Assembly (NCBI RefSeq): GCF_006345805.1 | Contig: NW_021832382.1 | Coordinates: 186,001 to 250,000, forward strand | Length of the DNA stretch: 64,000 nt | From: Octopus sinensis | Taxonomy: Eukaryota | Direction of reading: 5' to 3' | Shown: one piece after another, positions 23,894 to 35,400 of the stretch | How positions within the stretch are numbered: the stretch's first letter is position 1 | How the letters are laid out: the number at the start of each line of letters is the position of its first letter | The notes under the pieces: generated by a model | The model's input: only the letters and a program-made list of their open reading frames with translations | What the model was told of the DNA's origin: nothing | The model's database searches: none | Position numbers and translations under genes: made by a program

Positions 23894-24642
23894 TTATTTA
23901 CTGTTAATTTTGGATGGTTTAATAACAGAATCGATAAGTCTCGACTGCATTGCTTCCGAGGGGGTCATAAACGTGTCTCTCTCCAACCAATTTGCTTAAA
24001 AATCAGTCCGACAAAAAAACCAATGACTTGTGGTGTCTGGTCACAATGGGAAGCATAAATGTTCGAAATCTGATCCTTGGCCTTCTGAATCTGGTCAGCC
24101 TGGATAAGAATGTCAGTTGCTTGGCCCTCGTGGATAAGTCCGAGTGTACAGTACTTGGAAGGATCCACTGGGCTGGTGGACCATAATTCTGGAGGAGGGC
24201 AGTGCATGTCGCATTCCTCGAGTCCCGGCAGCAAGCAGTAGGGAGCCCATCGAACACGCCTGCCCGACACACCACGTTGCAATTGGGGGAGAAATGAACT
24301 GCATTGTGTCGTAGATGGCCAACCCGGCAGATATCGACCCCCCTGAACTGGACTACAGACAGTACCTGGACTGTTTATGTAAATGTGGACTGGTTTAGAG
24401 GAATTTTCGGAGTGGAGGTACAACAGCTGGGCCACTATGCTGAATGAGAGTTCGTCGTTCACCTTTTAGTTATTTATGCTACAAACTGGTCCCATCAGAC
24501 ACACAATTCGGTCTTTTAGCAGTTTGGTGCCAATGTCGTACACTCTCTCCCCAACCCCGACATTTTCGATTATATAAGGCATCATAGACACTTTTCTCGA
24601 AAACGAATTGAAAACCATCCTTGACACTACATGTCCCAACAT
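23894..24642 (-). CDS. CLPP: Mitochondrial ClpP protease subunit
   Basis: Presequence, PYIIE...ERVYDI...[43 protein letters not shown]; four introns of 24, 23, 28 and 26 nt. Confidence 0.92.
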
Positions 24643-25241
24643 CTGAGAATTGATTTATTTAAAAATTAATTCATTGAGCAACTTTTAATATTCAATAATA
24701 CAACAAATTCTCACTTTTCGTGACTCAATAATCATCATTTGAGAATTATTAGCCGAGGTAGACAACCGGGATTTGACCCAACGACTGCTCCTGAATTTAT
24801 TTCAGACCGATTCAAGACAACACGATGATCTTGCGTGAGACTGCCATCCTCAGTTGGAGTCAGTCTTACGGGAATTCGTCTCAGACGACCAGTAATGACC
24901 GGAGAAAACCGATTGCACAACTTGCAACACTGTTACCTAAAATACTCAACAATGCTAGCAAGTTCAAGAAGCTTAACTCTTCGGAAACTATCAACACATC
25001 GTAGAACTGAGAATTTATCCCGTAAACAAGTCAGGATTTGATGAAGGACTCACGGTATAGTTTATTCCACTTATTTTGGCGGACCCAATTCAAGAAGTCT
25101 ACAGTGAAGTAATTCTCGTTTTAGTACTCTACTACCAAACTGATCTGATTGTTGTTTGAATCCTCGACCTTCCCCCATATTTAGTGAATTAGTTAGACAA
25201 ACTATATTTTTCTTTCATGAAATTTGTAATAATTAAGAAAT

Positions 25242-25880
25242 TTATATATGATATTTTTTTAGTCTCTGACGTCTATTACAAAACCAAATTCTGACGACGT
25301 CCTCCTCAATGGACAGCAACTCGGCAATGTCGGTTAACGATCTGGGGGAAGGTCTTTGATCCTCGCGAAACCAATTTTCAAGAAATGTTTTTTCAGCACA
25401 GTCAAACGAAGTTCGCTTTTTTCGTTTTTTGATTTCCTCGAATGAGTATATTAAAGCGGTTTTCTGGTCTGACGATCTTAAGGACAGCAACCACTTTCTA
25501 AAAATGTTTATCAGTTTGTTTTGAGTTGAGAATGACAGTTGGTTTGACTCGAAACGGCACACAGTGGTCTGTGATATGGAGATCCCTTTTTCCTCCATCA
25601 ATTGACTGATATCCGACTGAGTGTAGCCAAGTTTGATTCGTTCTTGTTTAAAGTATTTTATGAATGGTTCGAAATTTGCACTTTTGAACATACACTCGGT
25701 TGATTTTAAGTTTTTTGTTGGTTTGTTTATAGTTTGGAATGGATTTTGATTATTGTGATCACACGGATTGTAAAAGTTTGGCCCTTTCCGTCTCTCAGGA
25801 CTCGTCATTTGGTAATTTGCGTGGTTCATTGCTGTAGACGGAATAATAAATTTATAATTTATTATTTTAACGAAAGGCAA
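25242..25880 (-). CDS. Divergent intronless POU-homeodomain transcription factor (class III-like)
   Basis: FKQERIKLGYTQSDI...SQTTVCRFES POU-specific domain and KRKKRTS...WFCNRRQ homeodomain; the true start may be the downstream MNHAN. Confidence 0.9.
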   Translation of the reverse strand: MPFVKIINYKFIIPSTAMNHANYQMTSPERRKGPNFYNPCDHNNQNPFQTINKPTKNLKSTECMFKSANFEPFIKYFKQERIKLGYTQSDISQLMEEKGISISQTTVCRFESNQLSFSTQNKLINIFRKWLLSLRSSDQKTALIYSFEEIKKRKKRTSFDCAEKTFLENWFREDQRPSPRSLTDIAELLSIEEDVVRIWFCNRRQRLKKYHI

Positions 25881-26459
25881 TAAATTAGTTGAATGAATTA
25901 GAATAGAACTGTACTATATTCCAGACAGTACAATTGATTGATTATACTTTATTGGCTATAATCCTTCACAAATAAAGCGGAAAATGTTCCAATTCATTTA
26001 TTTATATCGATTCTAGTTATTTTACACCAAACTGTCAAAGGTTTGCTTTTGCTCAATTAAAAAATTCATTTTAAAAAAACGAAACTTCAGAAATATTGTC
26101 AGCAGAGAAACTCGACTTGTTTATACTTATGTTTCAGTTCATATTAAAAAAATATATGGGGAAGAAAATTCCGAATGGTGAATAATGCGATTTATTAGAA
26201 TGTACAAAATTAGGGGCTAGCAACATGAAAATAGCACAATGATGACGCATGCTTAGCAAGTAATAGCCAGTACTTCCTTATTTGTATAATGACACGGGAA
26301 ACAACCAAAAACAAGATTACTTGTTGATTAGGATGAGGTCAAAAGAGAACCTGGCAATAAGTCTTGTTATTAATGAATTGACTTGATTGCGACGCCGTAA
26401 CAGAATAATAAAGAAATAGGTTGTTGCATTCGTCGTCATTTCAATTGAGTGCCACTCAA

Positions 26460-27235
26460 ATGGTAAACAGTGTGCTTGACTTTGTAATTAAACGCAACAA
26501 AATGCTAAAAAAGAAGAGCAGACCAGTTTCGACAATTCTCCAGTCTAGAAAACTGAGTGACATGTAACTTATTAACCTTAATTATTACTTCCCAGAAATG
26601 GCATAATCAACAAAATTTTTAGTCCAAAAAATCCCATTTCAAAGTCTGAAAGGAAGACAAACCAAATATTCGTCGAAACATCGAAATCGTTTGAATTTGT
26701 CAAACCAGATACTTTTGTATTAAACCCCTAACATTTTAGGAAAATGGAAACAAAATATTTGATTCTGACTGCATCTCGAATTGTAATGAAAACGACAACA
26801 GTAACCCCGGATGTTACGTCATGAGAATATTCGGAGGATCAAATCTAGGGTCCTAAACTTTCTAAATCCAAAGGCACGATTTTTCCTTCGAACGGGAAGA
26901 ATCTAAAATATTCTACAAATCAGCATGCGAGTGGTTTTTTCCTGACATATCAAAGTAAAAAGTCTTACAATTTAATTCTAAGACATGCTGCCATAAAGAA
27001 ACTTTTAAAGCAAAACGTTGGAGACTTTTTGATACGGAAATCAACGACAGTTCACGGGGCCTACTCTCTTTCTGTCCACGTCGACCAAATGCAGGTAAGT
27101 CATTACCTAATTCTCGCTATGCCTTCTGGAGAGTTCGCATTTAAAGTCCATTTTCCTGGTTTATAAAAGGGGCATTACAAGTCGTGGAACTCCCTCTCTG
27201 CTCTCGTGGAACGCATTTCGATAATCTGCTACTAA
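26460..27235 (+). CDS. C-terminal SH2-domain protein (5' end unresolved; missed by the ORF track)
   Basis: Splicing 26564-26595, 26717-26739, 26850-26873, 26955-26982 and 27146-27169 gives EWFFPDISKHAAIKKLL...GDFLIRKSTT..GAYSLSV...VSHYLI, an SH2 pattern with the FLxR arginine. Confidence 0.75.
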
Positions 27236-27348
27236 TTTGTAAATAGTGTCTTTTTTGGTGATTTAACTAATTGGTAATTTAACTACTATTGAACTAATCA
27301 TTGACACAAAGAAATAAACCAGAACAAGATATAAAAAATGATTAACTA

Positions 27349-28692
27349 TTATTGTAGTCGGTCTAGAAATATTATTGTGTGATAAACCATAGTTGTCGGG
27401 ATCAATCTTTTCGGGCAACTCATTGATAGTCACTTCAAACCGCTTCTGCACATCGTTGAGTACTCCATTATCAGTGCTGTTAGCCACAAAAGTCACAGCA
27501 ATCCCCTTTGTCCCAAATCGACCAGCTCTGGCCACTCTGTGGAGGAAACTGTCAGCATCATCAGGCATGTCGTAGTTAAAGACAACATTGACTCTCTCAA
27601 TGTCTATTCCTCTGCCAAATAAATCCGTGGCCACAAGTATTCTCTTCTCAAAGTCTTTAAAGAGTTGGTATCTCTTGAGTCTCTCTTCCTGTTGCATTCC
27701 TCGGTGGATACAAATCACTTCAAAATTCCCAGCAAACAGTAGCTCGGTGAGAGCAACACATCGATTAACAGAACTGACGAAAATGATGGTTTGGTTGACA
27801 CTCAGAGACTCCAACAGTTTGAACAGCATTTTGGTCTTGACTCGTTCTTCCAGCTTTACATAGTACTGCTGGAGTCCGTGAAGAGTCAGTTTGGACTCGT
27901 CGTCAATGTAAATCTCCAATGGCTATGGATTAGTTAGACACACTCACGTCTTGCATGAACTTGAGACACACAGGTCGGATTGATTTGGGGAGAGTAGCAC
28001 TGAACATAATCACTTGCTTGTCGTGGGGAGTCTTTCGGAATATGTCCTGGACGTCTGATCGCATGTCCGTCTTGCCCAAGACTTTGTCACATTCGTCCAC
28101 CACAAAGTGCTGACATTTTTTCAAATTGAGGTGTTTTTCCACCACCAACTGCAGAATCCTTCCAGGAGTGCCGACCACCACTTGCGGCTTTTTCTTCAAA
28201 TTTTTTATGTCCGACTGGATTGGAATCCCTCCGAAACACACGGCCACTCTCACATTCGGCAAATACTTGGAGAATCGCTGATATTCCTTGGATATTTGGA
28301 AGGCCAATTCCCGAGTGTGACACAACACAAGAGTGTTCACATCTGTGCACGAATTCTCCAATTGGTGCAGAGTGGACAGGACGTACACTGCTGTCTTCCC
28401 CATCCCAGACTTGGCCTGACACACAATATCCATTGACAGAATTGCTTGCGGGATGCACTGATGTTGAACTGGCGGATTAGCACATGCAAGTACCTTCCGA
28501 GGGGTGTTCAAATCCACATTCCTGGATTGTTCGTAGTAGTTCAGGTTTGAGTAGGAAATCACGGAATCCCGAGCTGTGAATGGCCACATGAGATCCTTGA
28601 GTCTTGAGGGAGTTATTCTCTGTCTTCGTGGGGACAGTCACTTCATTCTCTTCTTCGTAGTCCAACAAATAGCTGTCGTTGTCGAGGGACAT
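27349..28692 (-). CDS. DDX39B: DEAD-box (DECD) RNA helicase UAP56
   Basis: [27 protein letters not shown] and RVARAGRFG motifs; three 25-nt GT-AG introns restore the frame. Confidence 0.95.
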
Positions 28693-28937
28693 ATCTGAGA
28701 GAATGGATCAATAATGAGAATAGTCCATATATAATTATAATTTTGAGTTAACATCTTCACCAAAAGGAAGAAAGTACGGAATGAACAAATAACAGACCTT
28801 GCAAAAATAGGAAATGATTTAAAAAGAGGAAACTACTATTACATTTCTTGGTTAGCTGCTACAAAAAAATCGAAAATATTTTTATTTAAATTTAATAATA
28901 ATAATCTAAATATATTAAATTTTTCAATTATATATTT

Positions 28938-31900
28938 TGTCACATGGGTGATCAGACCCCTATGGGCAACCTGGCCTTTACGTGTTTCCATGGCAACTAC
29001 ATAGCAAATATTTACTAAAAGGCCAAATAATATAAAAACAAGCAATCCGAACTAATGATTGAACTTTAAATTTTTGAGGAAATGATGTTTTATATTTGAA
29101 CCATGCTTGCTTTAAAATAGTAAAATTATTTACAACATTAGCAAATTATAATGTGAATTATTTTTATTTTTGATAATATAAATTGCAACATTAGCAAATT
29201 ATAATTTACATCAAATTTTTTGCAAAGTTTGTAACAACTTTAACTCTAACCTTAACCCAAACCCTAACGTTGGCAAATGACAACATAAATATATTCAAAA
29301 TCTAACCCTAACCTTAACCCAAACCCTAACGTTGGCAAGTGACAACATAAATGTATTCAAAATCTAACCCTAACCCTAACGTTAGCAAGTGACAACATAA
29401 ATATTCAAATCTAACCCTAACGTTGGCAAGTGACAACATAAATATTCAAAATCTAACCCTAACCTTAACCCTAACGTTGGCAAGTGACAACATAAATATT
29501 CAAAATCTAACCCTAACCCTAACGTTGGCAAGTGACAACATAAATATTCAAAATCTAACCCTAACCCTAACGTTGGCAAGTGACAACATAAATATTCAAA
29601 TCTAACCCTAACGTTGGCAAGTGACAACATAAATATTCAAAATCTAACCCTAACCTTAACCCTAACGTTGGCAAGTGACAACATAAATATTCAAAATCTA
29701 ACCCTAACCTTAACCCAAACGTTGGCAAGTGACAACATAAATATTCAAAATCTAACCTAACCCTAACGTTGGCAAGTGACAACATAAATATTCAAAATCT
29801 AACCCTAACGTTAGCAAGTGACAACATAAATATTCAAATCTAACCCTAACCCTACACGTTGGCAAGTGACAACATAAATATTCAAAATCTAACCCTAACG
29901 TTAGCAAGTGACAACACATAAATATTCAAATCTAACCCTAACGTTGGCAGTGACAACATAAATATTCAAAATCTAACCCTAACCCAAACCCTAACGTTGG
30001 CAATGACAACATAAATATTCAAAATCTAACCTAACCCAACCCTAACGTTGGCAAATGACAACATAAATATTCAAAATCTAACCTAACCTTAACCCAAACC
30101 CTAACGTTGGCAAGTGACACACATAAATGTATTCAAAATCTAACCCAACCCTAACGTTTGCAAGTGACAACAATAAATTTCAAAATCTAACCCTAACGTT
30201 AGCAAGTGACAACATAAATATTCAAATCTAACAAAAAAACCTAACCTACGTTGGCAAGTGACAACATAAATATTCAAAATCTAACCCTAACGTTAGCAGT
30301 GACAACATAAATATTCAAATCTAACCCTAACGTTGGCAAGTGACAACATAAATATTCAAAATCTACCCTAAACCCAACCCTAACGTTGGCAAATGACAAC
30401 ATAAATATTCAAAATCTAACCCTAACCTTAACCCAAACCCTAACGTTGGCAAGTGACAACATAAATGTATTCAAAATCTAACCCTAACCCTAACGTTGGC
30501 AAGTGACAACATAAATATTCAAAATCTAACCCTAACGTTAGCAAGTGACAACATAAATATTCAATCTAACCCTAACCCTAACGTTGGCAAGTGACAACAA
30601 AATATTCAAAATCTAACCCTAACGTTAGCAAGTGACAACTAAATATTCAAATCTAACCCTAACGTTGGCAGTGACACATAAATCATTCAAAAAAACCCTA
30701 ACCCAAACCCTAACGTTGGCAAAGACAACATAAATATATTCAAAACTAACCGAAACCTTAACCCAACCCCTACTTGGCAGTGACAACATAAATTATTCCA
30801 AAATCTCCCTAACCCTAACGTTAGCAAGTGACAACATAAATGTATTCAAAATCTACCCTAACCCTAACGTTGGCAAGTGACAACATAAATATTCAAAATC
30901 TAATCAAAATCTAACCCAACCCTAACGTTAGCAAGTGACACATAAATATCAAATCTAACCCTAACGTTGGCAAGTGACAACATAAATATTCAAAATCTAA
31001 CCCTAACCCTAACGTTGGCAAGTGACAACATAAATATTCAAAATCTAACCCTAACGTTAGCAAGTGACAACATAAATATTCAAATCTAACCCTAACGTTG
31101 GCAAGTGACAACTAAATATTCAAAATCTAACCCTAACCCAAACCCTAACGTTGGCAAATGACAACATAATATATTCAAAATCTACCCTAACCTTAACCCA
31201 AACCCTAACGTTGGCAGTGACAACATATGTATTCAAAATCTAACCCTAACCCTAACGTTGGCAAGTGACAACATAAATATTCAAAATCTAACCCTAACGT
31301 TAGCAAGTGACAACATAAATATTCAAATCTAACCCTAACCCTACCGTTGGCAAGTGACAACATAAATATTCAAAATCTAACCCTAACGTTAGCAAGTGAC
31401 AACATAAATATTCAAATCTAACCCTAACGTTGGCAAGTGACAACATAAATATTCAAAATCTAACCCTAACCCAAACCCTAACGTTGGCAAATGACAACAT
31501 AAATATATTCAAAATCTAACCCTAACCTTAACCCAAACCCTAACGTTGGCAAGTGACAACATAAATGTATTCAAAATCTAACCCTAACCCTAACGTTGGC
31601 AAGTGACAACATAAATATTCAAAATCTAACCCTAACGTTAGCAAGTGACAACATAAATATTCAAATCTAACCCTAACCCTAACGTTGGCAAGTGACAACA
31701 TAAATATTCAAAATCTAACCCTAACGTTAGCAAGTGACAACATAAATATTCAAATCTAACCCTAACGTTGGCAAGTGACAACATAAATATTCAAAATCTA
31801 ACCCTAACCCAAACCCTAACGTTGGCAAATGACAACATAAATATATTCAAAATCTAACCCTAACCTTAACCCAAACCCTAACGTTGGCAAGTGACAACAT

Positions 31901-32402
31901 AAATGTATTCAAAATCTAACCCTAACCCTAACGTTGGCAAGTGACAACATAAATATTCAAAATCTAACCCTAACCTTAACCCAAGCCCTAACGTAACCCT
32001 AACTCGAAATTAAATGATGTTTCTGCTGACGATTCTTCAGACATTTTTGACAAAAATTGGAAGCCTTTTTGGCCAACCGGTGTTTGCTTCGAGCATTCAT
32101 ATCCTCCGGGAATATCCCGATTAACGCTTCTTTAATTTGATTGTATTCGTTAATATTTCTGACGTAACCCTTAAACCCAGACATCACAAAGTGTGAGTAA
32201 CCACGCTGTTAAAATTAATATACTTTTGGGTAAGCCATTTTTAAAAGATAATTCAAATGTAATTTTAAATTAGAATAATTGATTAATCTACACTCTTCCA
32301 TATATAAATTGCTATATTCAATATTTAATACCTTTTCTGCGGTTTCCATAGAAACACGTGAAAGGACTGGCTGCCCATAGCGACATAGTCGCCCATGTGA
32401 CA
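28938..32402 (-). mobile_element. Ginger-like (integrase-type) DNA transposon derivative carrying a TAACCC minisatellite
   Basis: About 60-bp imperfect TIRs starting TGTCACATGGG (about 48/61 identical by hand); 5-bp TSD TATTT; residual ORF 31999-32187 YNQIKEALIGIFPEDMNARSKHRLAKKASNF-CQKC resembles an integrase N-terminus and CxxC. Confidence 0.65.
29241..32003. repeat. Telomere-like minisatellite: 1-4 TAACCC-type hexamers plus a 36-bp core, about 55-57 units, with a 338-bp 7-unit higher-order repeat
   Basis: Core TAACGTTGGCAAGTGACAACATAAATATTCAAAATC; HOR starts at about 31128, 31461 and 31799. Confidence 0.95.
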
Positions 32403-32499
32403 TATTTAAACTAACAAATTATATTTCTCACAGTTTACAGTTTCCTTACAGACCTTAATTTGTTCCTCTTTTTAGGAACTTTCTGTTTTAAGATCAATA

Positions 32500-35400
32500 C
32501 CTAAAGCTCGCTGTGAATTAATTATGAAGGTTCGACTCTGACTGGGCTCTCTACACTCTTAACAATACACTGTCGAATTCTCCAATGAACTAGGTATCCT
32601 TGTTTTTTCCCAGACTGTTTGTTCTCACATCATCTGTCAATCATCAACCACTTTGAATCAGCGCTAGATCAACAGTCCCTGAAGTCCAACAGAGAATGCA
32701 AAGCTGAGAACTCAGTTTGGTATATTAGGAATGCATGCGTTTCCATCTCATGTCTGTCACTAATGCCTGGTAGGGATTACAACCCAATTTGAGTGCACGG
32801 AGCAGCAGCCATGGGCAAGACAGACAACCTCCCAGGTGTTGGGCAGGTTTTCAAGAATGCTAGTGGCTCAAGTTACCTACGAGGAATTGACGGTTGAGCC
32901 CAGACAACCTAGTAAGTGGAAGGACAACATCGCTGCAAAGATTTCTTTGCGTGAGGTAGAGCTGGAAGCACTGATTGGGCACATTGTGGGAAACGGGGTC
33001 AAAGGCAAGACTCCCCCCTTGGTGCGTACTTCACCGACACAGGGCCGCTAAGTGGGACCTGAATGAAGTCGTTAGGGCAAAGAATGAGGTAGAAGAGTCT
33101 ATTCTTGTTTACAAGAAGAAACTCTCTACCTATGAATCGAGGTGTAAACATAATCGAGAGAACAACCTGTTTGAGTTTAATCGCAGGATGTTTTATCGTT
33201 GTTTACACGATGATGGGGTGAAGGAGGGTAGCCAACAAGACTCGGAGATGTTAGCCACATGGGGGAGTATGTGGAAAGTCCGACCTCGCAAGGGAAAAGT
33301 GGACTTTAGCCTAGAGTCCACCAGACCCTTGATGGCCGAGTCTTGCGGTGTCTTTGACATTCGCAAGAAGTTCGATGAGGCAGTTTCCTGCCTTCCAGAT
33401 TGGAAAACTACTGGGATTGATAAAGTATTTAATTTCTTTATAAAACGCTGTACCTCATTGCACGATTGTATGTTTAATATAATCGAGAAGTGTATAGCGT
33501 CCCCGGATAGTATCCCAAGCTGGTTGTGCACTGGTGTTACTTATTTGATACCAAAAGTGTCCTGTCCAGCGTCTCCGACAGATTATCGCCCGATAACCTG
33601 CATGCCTACCTTATACAAGCTGATGACCAAGTTGGTGGCTAATGAGGTCAGAGGATTTGTTGAGGTTAATGGCATTCTATCCGAGAATCAGCTCGGAACT
33701 GTGAGGAATTGCCAGGGAGCAAAGAAGCAGGCATTGATCAACAAGTGTCTTTCTAACGCTTATGGAAACTCACTTACAGTGGTCGTCAAAAAAAATTGCT
33801 CACCAATGTTTATGTCTTTATATAGCATTATTCTGATTTATTTTTTTTGTAAACATCTTTAAGTAGTATTTTATTATTATACCTTAATTTTTATAATAAA
33901 ATTTTTCTTTTTGATTTACAAACTTAAACAAAACAAAAAATTGCAAGACAAAAAACATTAGCACAAATTTGGAAATCTCATTATCAGTAATTAATATGTC
34001 CTCCCCTTGCTAAATATAAAGAATAACTCCTTTTTCTCATTGAATTTACTAAGTTTTGTAAAAAACTTTTAGGAATTGACTGCCAAATTTTCATAATATT
34101 TGTCTTTAGATCCTTTTTACTTTTCGGGGGATTTTTAGCTAATTCTCTTTTCATAAAGCACCATACATGCTCTATTGGGTTAAGATCCGGTGATTGCGAT
34201 GGCCAATCAAGAATATATATTTTTTGGTCTCGAAATATGCCTTAACCATACGAGATGTATGGCATGAAGCATTATCCTGTTGAAAAATAAACGAGGATAA
34301 GCCCATTTTTTCAGCTGATTGGTCCAGATTATTAGACAGTAAAGTTATATAATATCCAGAGTTCATAGTTTCTACGATAAAAACCAAATTGCCTACACCA
34401 CTATACGATATACAGCCCTAATCATAACTCTCCCTAATCCGAACTTAACAGTCGGCAGCAAATGTGCATTTTTTAACTCCGTTTTATTTTTTCTGTAACA
34501 AGCTGATGTTTTCTTTTGTTAAAAACATCGAACATTGACTCATCTGAGAATATCACCGATTTCCATGTACTATCAGATATCGATAAAAATCGTAGTGACG
34601 CAGACCATCTCGAATGATATTTTTTGAGAAAGCAATGGCTTTCTTTTTGCTACACGACAATATACCCCATTTTTATTCAAAGTTCTCAGAATTGTCCTAG
34701 GGGAAACATCAATATTGAAAGTTTCTTTAGTTTTGTTGGACAAATCCACTGCCAACAATGTAGGATGTGATTCGGTTTCATTACATAAAAATTGTATTTG
34801 GGGGGAATTTAGTTTCGGAAGACGTCCTGAGCCCGGTCTCCGATGCAGTGTTCCAAATTCTCGAAATTTTCGAATATTAAATGAAATTGTGGAATTCGGC
34901 AAATTAAGTATTTTTGAGATTTCTCTGATTGATTTACCCTCTTTAAAGTACGCAATAATCATCCCTTTTTTAAATTCAGTTAACTGTTTCTTGGGAGAAC
35001 GTGGCATATGCAATAACAAAAAAAGTGAGCAATGTTTTTTGTCACGAGATTTAAATTTTTATGCTTTAAATTCCTTATATTGAAATAAAATCGCATTAAT
35101 AAATTATTATATTTAAGAATTAGAATAAAAAATGAAGCGTAAGATTAAATTTTTTATTAATTTGTCAATAAAAGCATGAAAAAATGGCTGAGCAATTTTT
35201 TTTGACGAGCACTGTATGTCTATGTGGGTGGATGTTAAGAAGGCATTTGACTCCGTTGATCATGCATATCTCATCGAATGTCTACACAAGCTGTGTCTGC
35301 CTGTGTGGTTCATTAGTTTTGTTAAAGCTGTGATGAGTATGTGAAGTGTTCATCTCGAGTATAACAAACACACAATCGGTGAGGTAAAACTGGAGAGGGG

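Noticed and set aside
28839-29045. Small secreted peptide ORF (MLVFILFGLL...)
   Set aside because: It overlaps the left TIR and AT-rich DNA, so it is probably a chance hydrophobic ORF.
29241-32003. CRISPR array (36-bp repeat with variable spacers)
   Set aside because: The spacers are only 1-4 copies of one telomeric hexamer, not unique sequences. The context is eukaryotic and no cas genes are present.
29241-32003. True chromosome end
   Set aside because: It is internal, has no pure (TAACCC)n tract and is enclosed by TIRs and a TSD. A scaffolding artefact cannot be fully excluded.
32450-32620. HDV-like ribozyme at the 5' end of the R2-like element
   Set aside because: No convincing P1/P3/P4 pairing could be built by eye; an Infernal or RNArobo search is needed.
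35342-35344. TGA as Trp in the LINE RT
   Set aside because: The element is otherwise disrupted; a TGG>TGA decay mutation is the simpler explanation.
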